Of a DNA stretch of 64,000 nt, positions 50,432-61,975 are shown piece by piece (positions within the stretch are counted from its first letter, which is position 1; every line of letters starts with the position of its first letter). Location: assembly GCA_035486855.1 (NCBI GenBank), contig DATHMT010000018.1:68238-132237 (forward strand), written 5' to 3'. Below the pieces are notes generated by a model. The model made no database searches, was not told where the DNA came from, and saw only the letters and a program-made list of their open reading frames with translations. The DNA comes from Steroidobacteraceae bacterium. GTDB taxonomy: Bacteria; Pseudomonadota; Gammaproteobacteria; Steroidobacterales; Steroidobacteraceae. The position numbers and the translations under genes were made by a program.

Positions 50432-51492
50432 ATATTCTCGATCGGTACATCGTCGGGCGCATTCTGGCGATGACCGCGCTGGTCATGGCCGTGATCATCG
50501 GGCTCGCGGTGCTCTTCACCTTCCTCAACGAGCAGGGCGATACCGGCACCGGCCATTACGGCACTCTGGATGCCTTCTGGTTTTCGCTGATGAACGTGCC
50601 GCAGGAGGCCTGGGAGCTGTTGCCGATCGGCGCGCTCATCGGTTCGATGCTGGGCCTGGGTGGTCTCGCCAGCGGCAGTGAGCTGACGGTGGCGCGGACT
50701 TCCGGTGTCTCGGTGCGACGGCTGGCGCTGTCGGTATTCATCGCCGGGATACTGCTGATCGGCCTGGAGGTGATCCTCGGCGAGCTGATCGCGCCGCCGC
50801 TGCAACAGGTCGCGCGGCAGCAGAAGGCGTTCGAACGCTTTGCCGATGCCAGCTTCAATGGCGGCGCCGCCTGGGTGCGTGATGGCAATCAGATCCTGGA
50901 CGTCGAGCAGTCGCAGGATGGGGAGGTGCACGGCGGGATGCTCATATTCGAGCTCTCCGCCGACCATCACATGCTGGCGATCGGACGTGCCGCGGGCGCG
51001 TTGGTCGGCACCGATCACCGCTGGCTGCTGCGCAACTATGCCGAGTCGCGCTTCGCCGGCGATGAGGTCAGGGCCACCTCCCAGGACATACACACGCTTG
51101 AATCCAACGTCAGCGGACAGTTCCTGCATCTGGCCATGGCGGCGCCGGGGGAGCTGGCCAGTGGCGCTCTGTGGAGCCTCATCAGCTACTACCGCGCGAA
51201 CGCGCTCGATCCGAAGCCCTACCTGTTCGCCTTCTGGTCGCGCATCGCACGCACCTGCGCCATCGCGTTCGCGGTGCTGCTGGCGATTCCCTTCGTACTC
51301 GGCCCGATGCGCTCATCCGGCACGGGCGTGCGTCTGCTGGTCGGCCTGATGCTCGGACTGGGATTCTTCTTTTTACAGCGATTCATCGAAAGCGGCACGA
51401 TCGTTTTCGATCTCGATCCGGTGAAGCTCGCATGGCTGCCGACCACGGTGCTGGTCGTGGTGACGCTCGGCTTGCTGGCGCGCGTGCGCTGA
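50428..51492 (+). CDS. lptG: LPS export ABC transporter permease LptG
   Basis: ATG 50428 (MNILDRYIVGRI...), ATGA overlap with lptF, YjgP/YjgQ family. Confidence 0.88.
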   Translation: MNILDRYIVGRILAMTALVMAVIIGLAVLFTFLNEQGDTGTGHYGTLDAFWFSLMNVPQEAWELLPIGALIGSMLGLGGLASGSELTVARTSGVSVRRLALSVFIAGILLIGLEVILGELIAPPLQQVARQQKAFERFADASFNGGAAWVRDGNQILDVEQSQDGEVHGGMLIFELSADHHMLAIGRAAGALVGTDHRWLLRNYAESRFAGDEVRATSQDIHTLESNVSGQFLHLAMAAPGELASGALWSLISYYRANALDPKPYLFAFWSRIARTCAIAFAVLLAIPFVLGPMRSSGTGVRLLVGLMLGLGFFFLQRFIESGTIVFDLDPVKLAWLPTTVLVVVTLGLLARVR

Positions 51493-51806
51493 CGGGAGCT
51501 GCAGATTTGCGCCAGCGCCACGGCGCTGTCGGTGAGGATCCGGGCCCTGCGGCCGGTGGCTGCCCGGCGGTCAGCGACCAAGGTGGCGCGCCAGCCCGGT
51601 CCGGCTCAGAAGCCGTGCCCGGGTGAAAGCCCTGGCTGTCGCCGGATCAATTACGTCAAACCCTGCGGGTCGTGCGAAAAATCGCGGCGCAGGGCATTCA
51701 TGGGTGAAAAATCTCCGGCGATTGTGTCCGCTGGGCCGCACAGCTACGATACCAAATTAGCCCGGGGAGGCCCTCGACGGCCGCCCTAAGAGATCAAGAA
51801 AATCTG

Positions 51807-52694
51807 ATGATACCCACCTGCAAGGCACCGGATCCCAACACCCATAAGCCCAAGTATCGCCCGCCCGCTGGAGCGTGCGACGCGCACTGCCATATCTTCG
51901 GACCGGGCGACAGGTATCCCTACGCGGCCGATCGGACCTATACGCCACCGGATGCACCGCTGGAGAAGTTCCGCGAGCTGCAGACCATACTCGGCCTGGA
52001 CCGTGCCGTGCTGGTCAACGCCAGCTGCCACGGCAGTGATAACTCGGTCATCGTGGATGCCATTGCGACCAGCGGCGGTCAGTACCGGGGCGTCGCCAAC
52101 GCCGATGACAGCTTCACCGAGCGCGATTACGACAAGCTGCATGCCGGCGGGGTGCGCGGTGTGCGTTTCAACTTCGTCAGGCACCTGGGCGGCATGCCCG
52201 ACATGGGCGAGTTTCACCGCATCATTGCGCGCATCCGGCCGCTGGGCTGGCATGTCGATCTGCACTTCGACGCGGGCGACCTGCTCGAGCACGAACAGCT
52301 GCTGCGCGACATGCCATTGCCCTTCATCATCGATCACATGGGTCGCGTCCCGACCAAAGCCGGTCTGGAACAGGAGCCGTTCCGCCATCTGCTGAAGCTG
52401 TTGAAATCGAACGAGCGCTGCTGGGTGAAGATCAGCGGCTCCGAGCGCATCTCGAGTGCGGGACCACCGTTCACCGATGCGGTCCCGTTCGCGCGCGCGC
52501 TGATCGAAGCCGCGCCGGATCGGATCCTGTGGGGCACGGACTGGCCGCATCCGAATATCGCCAAGCACATGCCCAATGACGGTGATCTGGTGGATCTCAT
52601 TCCACTGATGGCGCCCGAACCGCAGCTGCAGCACAAGATCCTGGTCGACAATCCGCACCGCCTGTATCAGTTCTCCCGGTTGAAGGAAGGCTAA
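51807..52694 (+). CDS. ligI: 2-pyrone-4,6-dicarboxylate hydrolase (amidohydrolase_2)
   Basis: 'CDAHCHIFGP', 'NASCHGSDNS', 'GVRFNF', 'IIDHMGR', 'WGTDWPHPN', '...LQHKILVDNPHRLY' match my recollection of Sphingobium LigI. Sits immediately before ligAB. Confidence 0.85.
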   Translation: MIPTCKAPDPNTHKPKYRPPAGACDAHCHIFGPGDRYPYAADRTYTPPDAPLEKFRELQTILGLDRAVLVNASCHGSDNSVIVDAIATSGGQYRGVANADDSFTERDYDKLHAGGVRGVRFNFVRHLGGMPDMGEFHRIIARIRPLGWHVDLHFDAGDLLEHEQLLRDMPLPFIIDHMGRVPTKAGLEQEPFRHLLKLLKSNERCWVKISGSERISSAGPPFTDAVPFARALIEAAPDRILWGTDWPHPNIAKHMPNDGDLVDLIPLMAPEPQLQHKILVDNPHRLYQFSRLKEG

Positions 52695-53104
52695 TGTCCG
52701 ACAAGCATCTGTCACCGTACCTCAATGAGTTCGAGGACATCCCCGGCACGCTGGTGTTCAATACCTTCCGTTCGCGTCAGGGGTTCAACCTGAATCAGTT
52801 CTGCATGTCGCTGATGAAGCCGGAGAACCGCGAGAAGTTCAAAGCCAACGAGGCCGAGTACCTCAAGCCCTGGAAGCTCACGCCGGCACAGACCACCGCG
52901 GTGCTGGAGCGCGATTACCTGACGATGATGAAGAACGGTGGCAATATCTATTTTCTTGCCAAGCTCTTCTCCACCGATGGCTTTCCGTATCTGGTCGCGG
53001 TCGCGACCATGACCGGAATGACGCAGGAGGAGTACTCCAACATGATGCTCAAGGGCGGGCGGAGCATCAAAGGCAACCGCAGCAAGTCCAACCCGAGTTT
53101 GTAA
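52694..53104 (+). CDS. ligA: Protocatechuate 4,5-dioxygenase alpha subunit
   Basis: 136 aa, 'FNLNQFCMSLMKPENREKFKANE..YL', 'GGNIYFLAKL'. Confidence 0.88.
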   Translation: MSDKHLSPYLNEFEDIPGTLVFNTFRSRQGFNLNQFCMSLMKPENREKFKANEAEYLKPWKLTPAQTTAVLERDYLTMMKNGGNIYFLAKLFSTDGFPYLVAVATMTGMTQEEYSNMMLKGGRSIKGNRSKSNPSL

Positions 53105-54902
<1,798 letters not shown>

Positions 54903-54906
<4 letters not shown>

Positions 54907-55886
54907 GCGTCCAGCGTTTTCATCATCGGGGCCGGATGCCGGTCCCCCAGGACGTGCATTTCATCGACTAGACGGCGCAGTAGCTGCTCCTCCGCCGCGG
55001 TCAACGACACGGCGAGCGCGCCCAGGTTGTCGTTCAGATGCACCCGGGTCTTCATGCCCGGAATCGGCGTGACATCCGCTCCTTGTGCGAGCACCCAGGC
55101 GATGGCCAGTTGCGGGAGGGTGCAACCCTTGCGCGTCGCCATTGAGCCGATCGCCGCGACCAGCTGCGCATTGTGCGCGGCATTGGCCTCCTGGAAGCGC
55201 GGCTGGTTGCGACGGCTATCATCGGGCGGCAGATCCTTGAGCGAGGTGAAATTGGCGGCCAGGAATCCCCGGCCGAGCGGGCTGTAGGCGACCAGGCCCA
55301 CGCCCAGTTCGCGGCAGGCCGGCAGAATCGCCTGCTCGGGCTCCCGCGACCACAGCGAATACTCGTTCTGCACGGCCGCGATCGGGTGTACCGCATGCGC
55401 CCGGCGCAGGGTCTGGGCGCTGCACTCCGACAGGCCGATGTGGCGGATCTTGCCGGCCTTCACCAGGTCCGCGAGCGTCCCCACCGACTCCTCGATGGGG
55501 GTGTCGCGATCGATGCGATGCAGGTAGAAGAGATCGATGCGGTCGGTGCCCAGCCGCATCAGACTGGCCTCGACCGCCGCGCGCAGTGCGGCGGGATCAT
55601 TGTCGATGACCATCTGGCCCGCGGCGTTGCGGGTGATGCCGTACTTGGTGGCCAGGATGAGGCCCTCGCGGCGCCCCCGGATGGTGGCGCCAATGAACTT
55701 CTCATTGTCCCCGAGCTGGTAGCTGGCGGCGGTGTCCAGGTGGGTGATGCCCTGGTCCAGCGCCGCCAGCAGCGTGGCGCGCGCCTCCTCGTCATTGCGC
55801 ATGCCGTACCAGCCGATCAGCGTCATGCAACCGAAGCCCAGCGCCGATAGCTGCGTCCCGGTCGCGCCCAGAGGTCTTTGCTGCAT
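54903..55886 (-). CDS. Aldo/keto reductase
   Basis: Start ATG 55886 (MQQRPLGATGTQLSALGFGCM), 'HLDTAASY', 'LYYLHRID'. The 695-aa ORF-track extension was rejected. Confidence 0.9.
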
Positions 55887-55961
55887 TGGTCGGCCCCCAA
55901 GATAAACAACAGTAAATACCTTATTATTTGCGATCGTTAAAGTCTCACCCGGTATCCCACC

Positions 55962-56984
55962 ATGATCATCGACTGCCACGGGCACTACACCACGGCCCCT
56001 GCCGATCTGACGACCTTTCGCGACGCGCAGATCGCGGCGCTCAAGGATCCGGCGCAGACCCCCTCCCGGGCATCGCTGCGTATCGGCGATGACCAGATCC
56101 GCGACAGCCTCGAGAAGGCGCAGCTGAAACTGCAGCGCGAGCGCGGTTCGGATGTGACGATCTTCTCGCCGCGTGCCTCCACCATGGCGCACCACATCGG
56201 CACCGAGGCCACGAGCCTGGAGTGGTCGCAGATCAATAATGATCTGATCGCGCGGGTGGTGAGTCTGTATCCGAGGAACTTCGTCGGCGTGTGCATGCTG
56301 CCACAGTCCCCCGGCGTCCCCCCCGCCCACAGCGCCCGCGAACTGGAGCGCTGCATCAAGGGACTCGGCTTCATCGGCGCGAACCTGAACCCCGATCCTT
56401 CCGGCGGCCACTGGACCTCCCCGCCGCTGACGGACAAGCACTGGTATCCGTTGTACGAGAAGCTGGTGGAACTGGATGTGCCGGCGATGGTGCACGTCAG
56501 CTCCTCCTGCAATGCGAATTTCCACGCGACCGGTGCGCACTACATCAATGCGGACACCACCGCGTTCATGCAGTTCATCCAGGGCGACCTGTTCAAGGAC
56601 TTCCCGACGCTGCGCCTGATCATTCCGCACGGCGGTGGCGCGGTGCCCTACCACTGGGGTCGTTACCGCGGCCTGGCGCAGGACATGAAGCGCCCGCCAC
56701 TGGGCGAGCACGTCATGAAGAATGTGTTCTTCGACACCTGCGTCTATCACCAGCCGGGTATCGATCTGCTGCTGAAGGTGATTCCGGTGGAGAACATCCT
56801 GTTCGGATCGGAGATGGTCGGCGCGGTGCGTGGCATCGATCCGACGACCGGCCAGTACTACGACGACACCAAGCGCTACATCGATTCTTCGGCCCTGTCG
56901 GCGGCGGACAAGATGCGCATCTTCGAGACCAATGCCTATCGGGTGTATCCGCGGCTGAAGGCACGGCTGGCCGCAGCTGGATAA
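55962..56984 (+). CDS. ligJ: 4-oxalomesaconate hydratase-like amidohydrolase
   Basis: 'MIIDCHGHYT', 'NLNPDPSGG...PPLTDKHWYPLYEKLVELDVPAMVH', 'IIPHGGGAVPY', 'FGSEM' parallel my recollection of LigJ. Confidence 0.72.
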   Translation: MIIDCHGHYTTAPADLTTFRDAQIAALKDPAQTPSRASLRIGDDQIRDSLEKAQLKLQRERGSDVTIFSPRASTMAHHIGTEATSLEWSQINNDLIARVVSLYPRNFVGVCMLPQSPGVPPAHSARELERCIKGLGFIGANLNPDPSGGHWTSPPLTDKHWYPLYEKLVELDVPAMVHVSSSCNANFHATGAHYINADTTAFMQFIQGDLFKDFPTLRLIIPHGGGAVPYHWGRYRGLAQDMKRPPLGEHVMKNVFFDTCVYHQPGIDLLLKVIPVENILFGSEMVGAVRGIDPTTGQYYDDTKRYIDSSALSAADKMRIFETNAYRVYPRLKARLAAAG

Positions 56985-58236
56985 CGTCACTCACACCCTG
57001 ATCGGGGCGCTGGTCGGAGCGGGACTTGCGCGCGGTCTGCGCCCGCGGGGGCGTCCGGCGCCGCTGCGGGCGGCACTACCCGATGACTCGTTCCGCGGGC
57101 TGATCGTGGTGAGTGTGACGCTGGGCAGCAACCTGCCCGACGTGGATGTGCTGTACACCGGCTTCGTCGGGGATCCGCTGGTTTATGTGCTGCATCATCG
57201 CGGCTACACCCATACGCTGATCGGCGCGCTGGTTGCAGCGGCCGTCCTGTGGGCCCTGTGCCTGCTGTGGCTGCGATTCCGACGCTTGCGCACGAGCGCC
57301 GGGGAGGCCGCCTGGATGGCGGCGGCCGCCGTCATTGGCGTGCTGCTGCATCTGGCGATGGACTACACCAACAGCTACGGCGTGCATCCGTTCTGGCCGT
57401 TCTTCAACGGCTGGATCTACGGTGACTCGGTCTTCATCGTCGAACCCCTGATGTGGCTGGCCGCGGTGCCGCTCATTTTCCTGCTGCAGACCCGGCTGGC
57501 GCGGGGGCTGGTGGCCATGGCGGTGGTGGCAGCCATCATCGCGGTGAGCGGACTCGGTGTGGTGGCCACGCCCGCCGTGCTGGCCTTCATTGCCATCGCG
57601 GCGGCACTGTTCGCCGTGGGGCGCTGGTCGCGGCCCGCGGCGGCGCTGACGTGCGGGATTGCCTGGTGGCTCGGGGTGACCGCTGTGTTCGCCGTATCGG
57701 GCCGCATCGCCACGGCGCGGCTGGGTTCCCTGGCTGAGGTCGAATTTCCGCAAAGCCGAACGCTCGACGCGGTGCTGACGCCAATGCCCGCCGACCCGGT
57801 GTGCTGGGATGGCTGGCTGGTGCAGGCGCAGCCCGGGCAGGAAGTCATGCGACATGCGCGGATTTCGTTGCTGCCGGGCCTGATTGCCGTGCACGATTGC
57901 CGCGGGGTGAATCTCGGGACGACCGCCGGCGCGGGCGGTGAGCGCGTTCCGGCCGCCGCCACCACCGGCATCCAGTGGTTGCAGCAGTTCTCGATGCCGG
58001 CGGACGCGATTGCGCGCCTCGCGCTGACCCAGTGTCGCGCGCGGGCGTTCATGCAGTTCGCGCGCGTACCGCTCGCGAGCGCGGAGGGCGCGGATTGGTG
58101 GCTGGGCGATCTGCGTTTCGGGGACGTGCGCGGCCGGGGATTCTCGCAGCTGCTGACGCAGCCGCCGGCGGCCTGCGATGGCCTGTCAGCGCCGTGGTCG
58201 CCGCCGCGGCCGGAGTTGCTGCAGACCGGACCATGA
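56977..58236 (+). CDS. Membrane-bound metal-dependent hydrolase (DUF457/YdjM-like) with a C-terminal extra domain
   Basis: 'THTLIGALVGAGLA', 'HRGYTHTLIGAL', 'HLAMDYTNSYGVHPFWPF'. The conserved N-terminus lies upstream of the first canonical start (GTG 57106); the only candidate start is CTG 56977. Confidence 0.65.
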   Translation: MDNVTHTLIGALVGAGLARGLRPRGRPAPLRAALPDDSFRGLIVVSVTLGSNLPDVDVLYTGFVGDPLVYVLHHRGYTHTLIGALVAAAVLWALCLLWLRFRRLRTSAGEAAWMAAAAVIGVLLHLAMDYTNSYGVHPFWPFFNGWIYGDSVFIVEPLMWLAAVPLIFLLQTRLARGLVAMAVVAAIIAVSGLGVVATPAVLAFIAIAAALFAVGRWSRPAAALTCGIAWWLGVTAVFAVSGRIATARLGSLAEVEFPQSRTLDAVLTPMPADPVCWDGWLVQAQPGQEVMRHARISLLPGLIAVHDCRGVNLGTTAGAGGERVPAAATTGIQWLQQFSMPADAIARLALTQCRARAFMQFARVPLASAEGADWWLGDLRFGDVRGRGFSQLLTQPPAACDGLSAPWSPPRPELLQTGP

Positions 58237-59522
58237 AGGAGATCGGCGTGGGGGTACTCAAACAATTATGGGTGCAGGTGCTGCTGGCGATGCTGGCGGG
58301 CATCGCGCTCGGCCACTGGTGGCCGAAGCTCGGCGCCGACATGAAGCCGCTGGGCGATGCCTTCATCGCGCTGATACGCATGCTCATCGCGCCGGTGATC
58401 TTCTGCACGGTGGTGCACGGGGTCGCCGCCATGAACGACATGCGCCGGGTGGGGCGCGTGGCACTGAAGGCGCTGATCTATTTCGAAGTCATCACCACGC
58501 TGGCGCTGGTGCTGGCGCTGGTGGCGGTCAACGTGCTGCGACCGGGCGCGGGGATGCATGTCGCCGCCCACTCGCTCGATGCGCAGGCGGTGAGTCAGTA
58601 CACCGCCAAGGCGCACGCGCAGGGTGTCGCCCAGTTCCTGCTCGAGATCATCCCGACGACCTTCGTGGATGCTTTCGCACACACGGAAGTGCTGCCGGTG
58701 CTGTTCGTCTCGGTGTTGTTCGCCGCCGGACTGGCCGCCTGCGGCGAGCGCGGACGCCCCGTGCAGGAGTTGATCGACAGCGTGCGCGAAGTGTTCTTCC
58801 GCCTGGTCGGCATCGTCATGTGGGTCGCGCCACTGGGTGCGTTTGGTTCCATGGCCTTCACGGTCGGGCGCTTCGGTACGGATTCCTTGGTGGCGCTGGC
58901 GCGCCTGATCCTGACGCTCTACGGTGTGTCGGCCGTGTTCGTGATCGTGGTATTCGGTGCGGTCAGCTGGTGGTGCGGGATCAGCCTGTGGCGCCTGATG
59001 GGCTACATTCGCGAGGAAATCGTGATCGTCGCGGCCACGACCTCCACCGAAACGGTGCTGCCGCAGCTGATGCGCAAGCTGCGGGTGCTGGGCTGCGAAG
59101 ACACCGTCGTCGGCCTGGTCGTGCCCACCGGCTATTCGTTCAATCTCGACGGCACCTGCCTGTATCTGGCGACGGTCGTGGTATTCCTGGCGCAGGCGAC
59201 CGATACCACGCTGGGCCTGTCCGATCAGCTGATCATCCTGGGCGTGCTGCTTTTGACCTCCAAGGGAGCCGCCGGGGTGGCCGGTGCGGCGTTCGTGGTG
59301 CTGGCCGCGACCCTCGGCTCGGTCGGCAGCATCCCGGTGGCGAGCATCGCGCTCGTGCTGGGGATCCACCGGCTGCTTGCCGAGGCGCTGACCTTCGTCA
59401 ATCTGGTGGGCAACAGCCTGGCCACGATCGTGGTGGCGCGCTGGGAGGGGGCCCTGGAGCAGGATGTTCTGCAACGGCAGATCGGGCGGCACGCCCTGCC
59501 GGCCCTCAAGGAGACTAAGTGA
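58233..59522 (+). CDS. dctA: C4-dicarboxylate:cation symporter
   Basis: ATG 58233. 'MKPLGDAFIALIRMLIAPVIFCTVVHG' is nearly collinear with E. coli DctA. Confidence 0.92.
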   Translation: MKEIGVGVLKQLWVQVLLAMLAGIALGHWWPKLGADMKPLGDAFIALIRMLIAPVIFCTVVHGVAAMNDMRRVGRVALKALIYFEVITTLALVLALVAVNVLRPGAGMHVAAHSLDAQAVSQYTAKAHAQGVAQFLLEIIPTTFVDAFAHTEVLPVLFVSVLFAAGLAACGERGRPVQELIDSVREVFFRLVGIVMWVAPLGAFGSMAFTVGRFGTDSLVALARLILTLYGVSAVFVIVVFGAVSWWCGISLWRLMGYIREEIVIVAATTSTETVLPQLMRKLRVLGCEDTVVGLVVPTGYSFNLDGTCLYLATVVVFLAQATDTTLGLSDQLIILGVLLLTSKGAAGVAGAAFVVLAATLGSVGSIPVASIALVLGIHRLLAEALTFVNLVGNSLATIVVARWEGALEQDVLQRQIGRHALPALKETK

Positions 59523-60001
59523 TGAAGCCGACGCCCAAGGAACTGATCGCGAAGCTGCAACTGGAGCCCCATCAGGAAGGCGGCTGGTTCCGCCAGGCCT
59601 ACAAGTCCGCCACCGAGGTTCAGGCGCCACAGGGCAGACGCAGCGCCGTCACGACGATCTACTACCTGCTCGAGCACGCTCGGGCGAGCCCCTGGCATGT
59701 CGTACGGTCCGATGAGATCTGGCACTTCTATCACGGAGCGCCCTCCGAGCTGTTCTGCTACGACCCGGTCACGCGCAAGCTCATCCGCTATCGGCTGGAT
59801 GCGGTGACGGGTGACGGGGTGCAGGTCGCGGTCATTCCGGCCGGCAGCTGGCAGGCCGCCCACTGTCTGGGCGAGTACATGCTGGTCGGCTGCACGGTCT
59901 CACCGGGGTACGAGGACCAGGATTTCCGCTGGGTCCGGGAAGTGCCGGACCACGGGCAACACTTCGCGGGTGAGATGAGGGGCCTGGAAGCATTTCTGTA
60001 G
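59519..60001 (+). CDS. Cupin-fold protein (DUF985 family)
   Basis: 160 aa, 'LEPHQEGGWFRQAY', 'TTIYYLL', 'WHFYHG'. Confidence 0.75.
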   Translation: MMKPTPKELIAKLQLEPHQEGGWFRQAYKSATEVQAPQGRRSAVTTIYYLLEHARASPWHVVRSDEIWHFYHGAPSELFCYDPVTRKLIRYRLDAVTGDGVQVAVIPAGSWQAAHCLGEYMLVGCTVSPGYEDQDFRWVREVPDHGQHFAGEMRGLEAFL

Positions 60002-60053
60002 GTTGGGGTATCTTCGGCTACAGTTTCCGATCACCCAACAAAGGAGCGACGAC

Positions 60054-60158
60054 ATGAGCAAGGGCATGGATCGTAAGAAAGAGGAAAAGAAGAAGCCGAC
60101 CAAGACGCTGGAAGAGAAGCGCGCGGCCAAGCGCGCCAAGAAGGAAGGACGCGGCTGA
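60054..60158 (+). CDS. Very small Lys/Glu/Arg-rich protein (34 aa), below the ORF-track size cutoff
   Basis: Own translation: MSKGMDRKKEEKKKPTKTLEEKRAAKRAKKEGRG. AAGGAG lies 7 nt before the ATG. A 12-bp perfect hairpin follows 22 nt after the stop. Confidence 0.5.
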   Translation: MSKGMDRKKEEKKKPTKTLEEKRAAKRAKKEGRG

Positions 60159-60180
60159 AGCGGCGGCGCGTCGTTCACTG

Positions 60181-60215
60181 ACTGCTGCCGCGAGCAGGAG
60201 CGCCGCGGCAGCAGT
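60181..60215. terminator. Hairpin between convergent genes (candidate bidirectional terminator)
   Basis: ACTGCTGCCGCG / CGCGGCAGCAGT perfect 12-bp stem with an 11-nt loop. No U-tract on either side. Confidence 0.45.
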
Positions 60216-60221
60216 TCCGGA

Positions 60222-60914
60222 TCATTGGTATTCCAGGCCCAGCGCCGCCAGTTTCTCGCGGAACTTGTAGATATCCATTCCCAGCTCCCCCGAGGCGAGG
60301 CGCTTGCGCTTGTCTTCCTCGGCCGCGGCCCGCTTGGCGGCTGCCTGCGCCACTTTCGCCGCATCATTGCAGCGCACCACGCACACGCCATCATCGTCGG
60401 CGACCACGACATCGCCCGCATTGATCAGTTGGGCGGCGCAGATCACCGGCACATTGACGGACCCGAGGCTTGCCTTGATGGTGCCCTGGGCGTAGATCGC
60501 CTTGCTCCACACCGGGAAGTCCATCTGCTTGAGGGTCGCCACATCGCGCACCCCGGCGTCGATGATCAGCGCCTGAACGCCATGCGCCTGCAGCGAGGTC
60601 GCCAGCAGATCGCCGAAGTAGCCGTCCTCGCACGGTGAGGTGGGCGCCACCACCAGGATATCCCCCGGCTTGCACAGCTCCACGGCGACGTGAATCATCC
60701 AGTTATCCCCGGGCGGGGAGGACACCGTGACGGCCGGACCCGCGATCGACTTGCCGGCATAGATCGGCCGCATGTAGGACGCGAGCAGACCGATGCGCTC
60801 CTGTGCCTCATGAACCGTGGCCACCCCATAAGTGCCCAGCGCCTTGCAGACGTCCGGGTCCGGTCGTGCGATCTCGCGCACCGCGACATGCTTGCTAATG
60901 GGAATCTCCTTCAA
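60222..60914 (-). CDS. ligK: 4-carboxy-4-hydroxy-2-oxoadipate aldolase / oxaloacetate decarboxylase (RraA-like fold)
   Basis: 230 aa, 'GVATVHEAQ', '[11 protein letters not shown]', '[16 protein letters not shown]', 'IDAGVRD', 'DDDGVCVV' match LigK/ProA-type aldolases. TTG start overlaps the upstream stop (TTGA). Confidence 0.82.
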   Translation of the reverse strand: MKEIPISKHVAVREIARPDPDVCKALGTYGVATVHEAQERIGLLASYMRPIYAGKSIAGPAVTVSSPPGDNWMIHVAVELCKPGDILVVAPTSPCEDGYFGDLLATSLQAHGVQALIIDAGVRDVATLKQMDFPVWSKAIYAQGTIKASLGSVNVPVICAAQLINAGDVVVADDDGVCVVRCNDAAKVAQAAAKRAAAEEDKRKRLASGELGMDIYKFREKLAALGLEYQ

Positions 60915-61975
60915 TGACTCTGCAGCGGCGTGGCCTTGCCCGGGTTGCCGGTCGCCTTCGGGGCTGCCTTCGGGGCTGGCGCCGGCTTGGGCTTCAGCAA
61001 CTGCTCGAGGGGGCGGAATATACCGTCGTAGCGATAGCCGGGCACCTCAAACTCCCAACCACCGAGGCGGCTGTTGAGATCCTGGACGCGCTGCCGGGCC
61101 GCGGACGCGTTCGCGCTTGCCACGACCGTGAGGTAGCGCGTCGCGCCCTGCTGCAGACCGGCGATCGTGAGCGTCACGCCATCGCGGGTCTGGAAAATCG
61201 CGCTGGCGGTGGGCGTGAGCGTGCCGGCCTTGCGGACATCATCCAGCTGCAGCCCGGCGAGCGCACCGGCCTGGGCAGCGGGCGCGCTGGGATCGGAAAG
61301 CTCCCGGCCCTTGGGGATGGGAGTGACGACCAGGTCGGCGCCGGCGGTCGTGCCGGAACGCTTGATGACGTAGTCCGGCCCACCCGGGACCTTCAGATCG
61401 ATTTCGACGACCTGGTCCGCTGCGATGTCGAGGATGGAACGATCCAGCCAATGGCGCGGATCAGCATCCGGTGTCAGCTGCGGACTTGCGAGCAGGCTCT
61501 GGGCTGCACCGGCGAGGCGGACGAACACCGATCCGGTGCCCGAAGTCTTGCCGACGATGAGACTCAAGGTCTTGGCGTTGAGTCCGATGTCGAGCCCGGT
61601 GCTGGCCGACTGCGCGCCGCGCGGATCCTCGACTCCCAGCTTCGAATACAACGTCGGATCTGAGGTTTTCTGTTCTTCGATCCTCAGCGCGGCCAGATCC
61701 AGCAGCAGTTTGCGCACCTGGCCGGTATCGGCCGGATAGCCGCGCTCGGCGACCAGCCAGCGGGTGGCATCCCGGTTGAGGGTCGTGCGACTGCCATCGC
61801 CCTTGAAGATCGAGAGGCGCGTCACGGCATTCAGATCGTTCCGCTGCAGGGGCAGGACCTGGCCGCTCGCATCGGCAGCGGTATCGGAGTTGTGCCGCGA
61901 CACGAGCCAAAGCCCGACTCCCGCGACTGCGCAGCCGGCGACGATCAGCGTCAGAACCTGGGCCGGCCGGATCAT
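60911..61975 (-). CDS. DUF4340 domain protein
   Basis: N-terminal TM '[19 protein letters not shown]', followed by repeated beta-rich modules. The position after a GldG-like gene is typical. Start chosen at ATG 61975 (ATGA overlap) rather than 62011. Confidence 0.65.
   Translation of the reverse strand: MIRPAQVLTLIVAGCAVAGVGLWLVSRHNSDTAADASGQVLPLQRNDLNAVTRLSIFKGDGSRTTLNRDATRWLVAERGYPADTGQVRKLLLDLAALRIEEQKTSDPTLYSKLGVEDPRGAQSASTGLDIGLNAKTLSLIVGKTSGTGSVFVRLAGAAQSLLASPQLTPDADPRHWLDRSILDIAADQVVEIDLKVPGGPDYVIKRSGTTAGADLVVTPIPKGRELSDPSAPAAQAGALAGLQLDDVRKAGTLTPTASAIFQTRDGVTLTIAGLQQGATRYLTVVASANASAARQRVQDLNSRLGGWEFEVPGYRYDGIFRPLEQLLKPKPAPAPKAAPKATGNPGKATPLQSH

Noticed and set aside
51493-51806. The 315-nt gap between lptG and ligI as a possible hidden regulator gene or structured RNA.
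   Set aside because: It contains only very short ORFs (e.g. a 16-codon minus-strand frame) and a weak hairpin with a 2-nt loop. Nothing in it is supportable without a covariance-model search.
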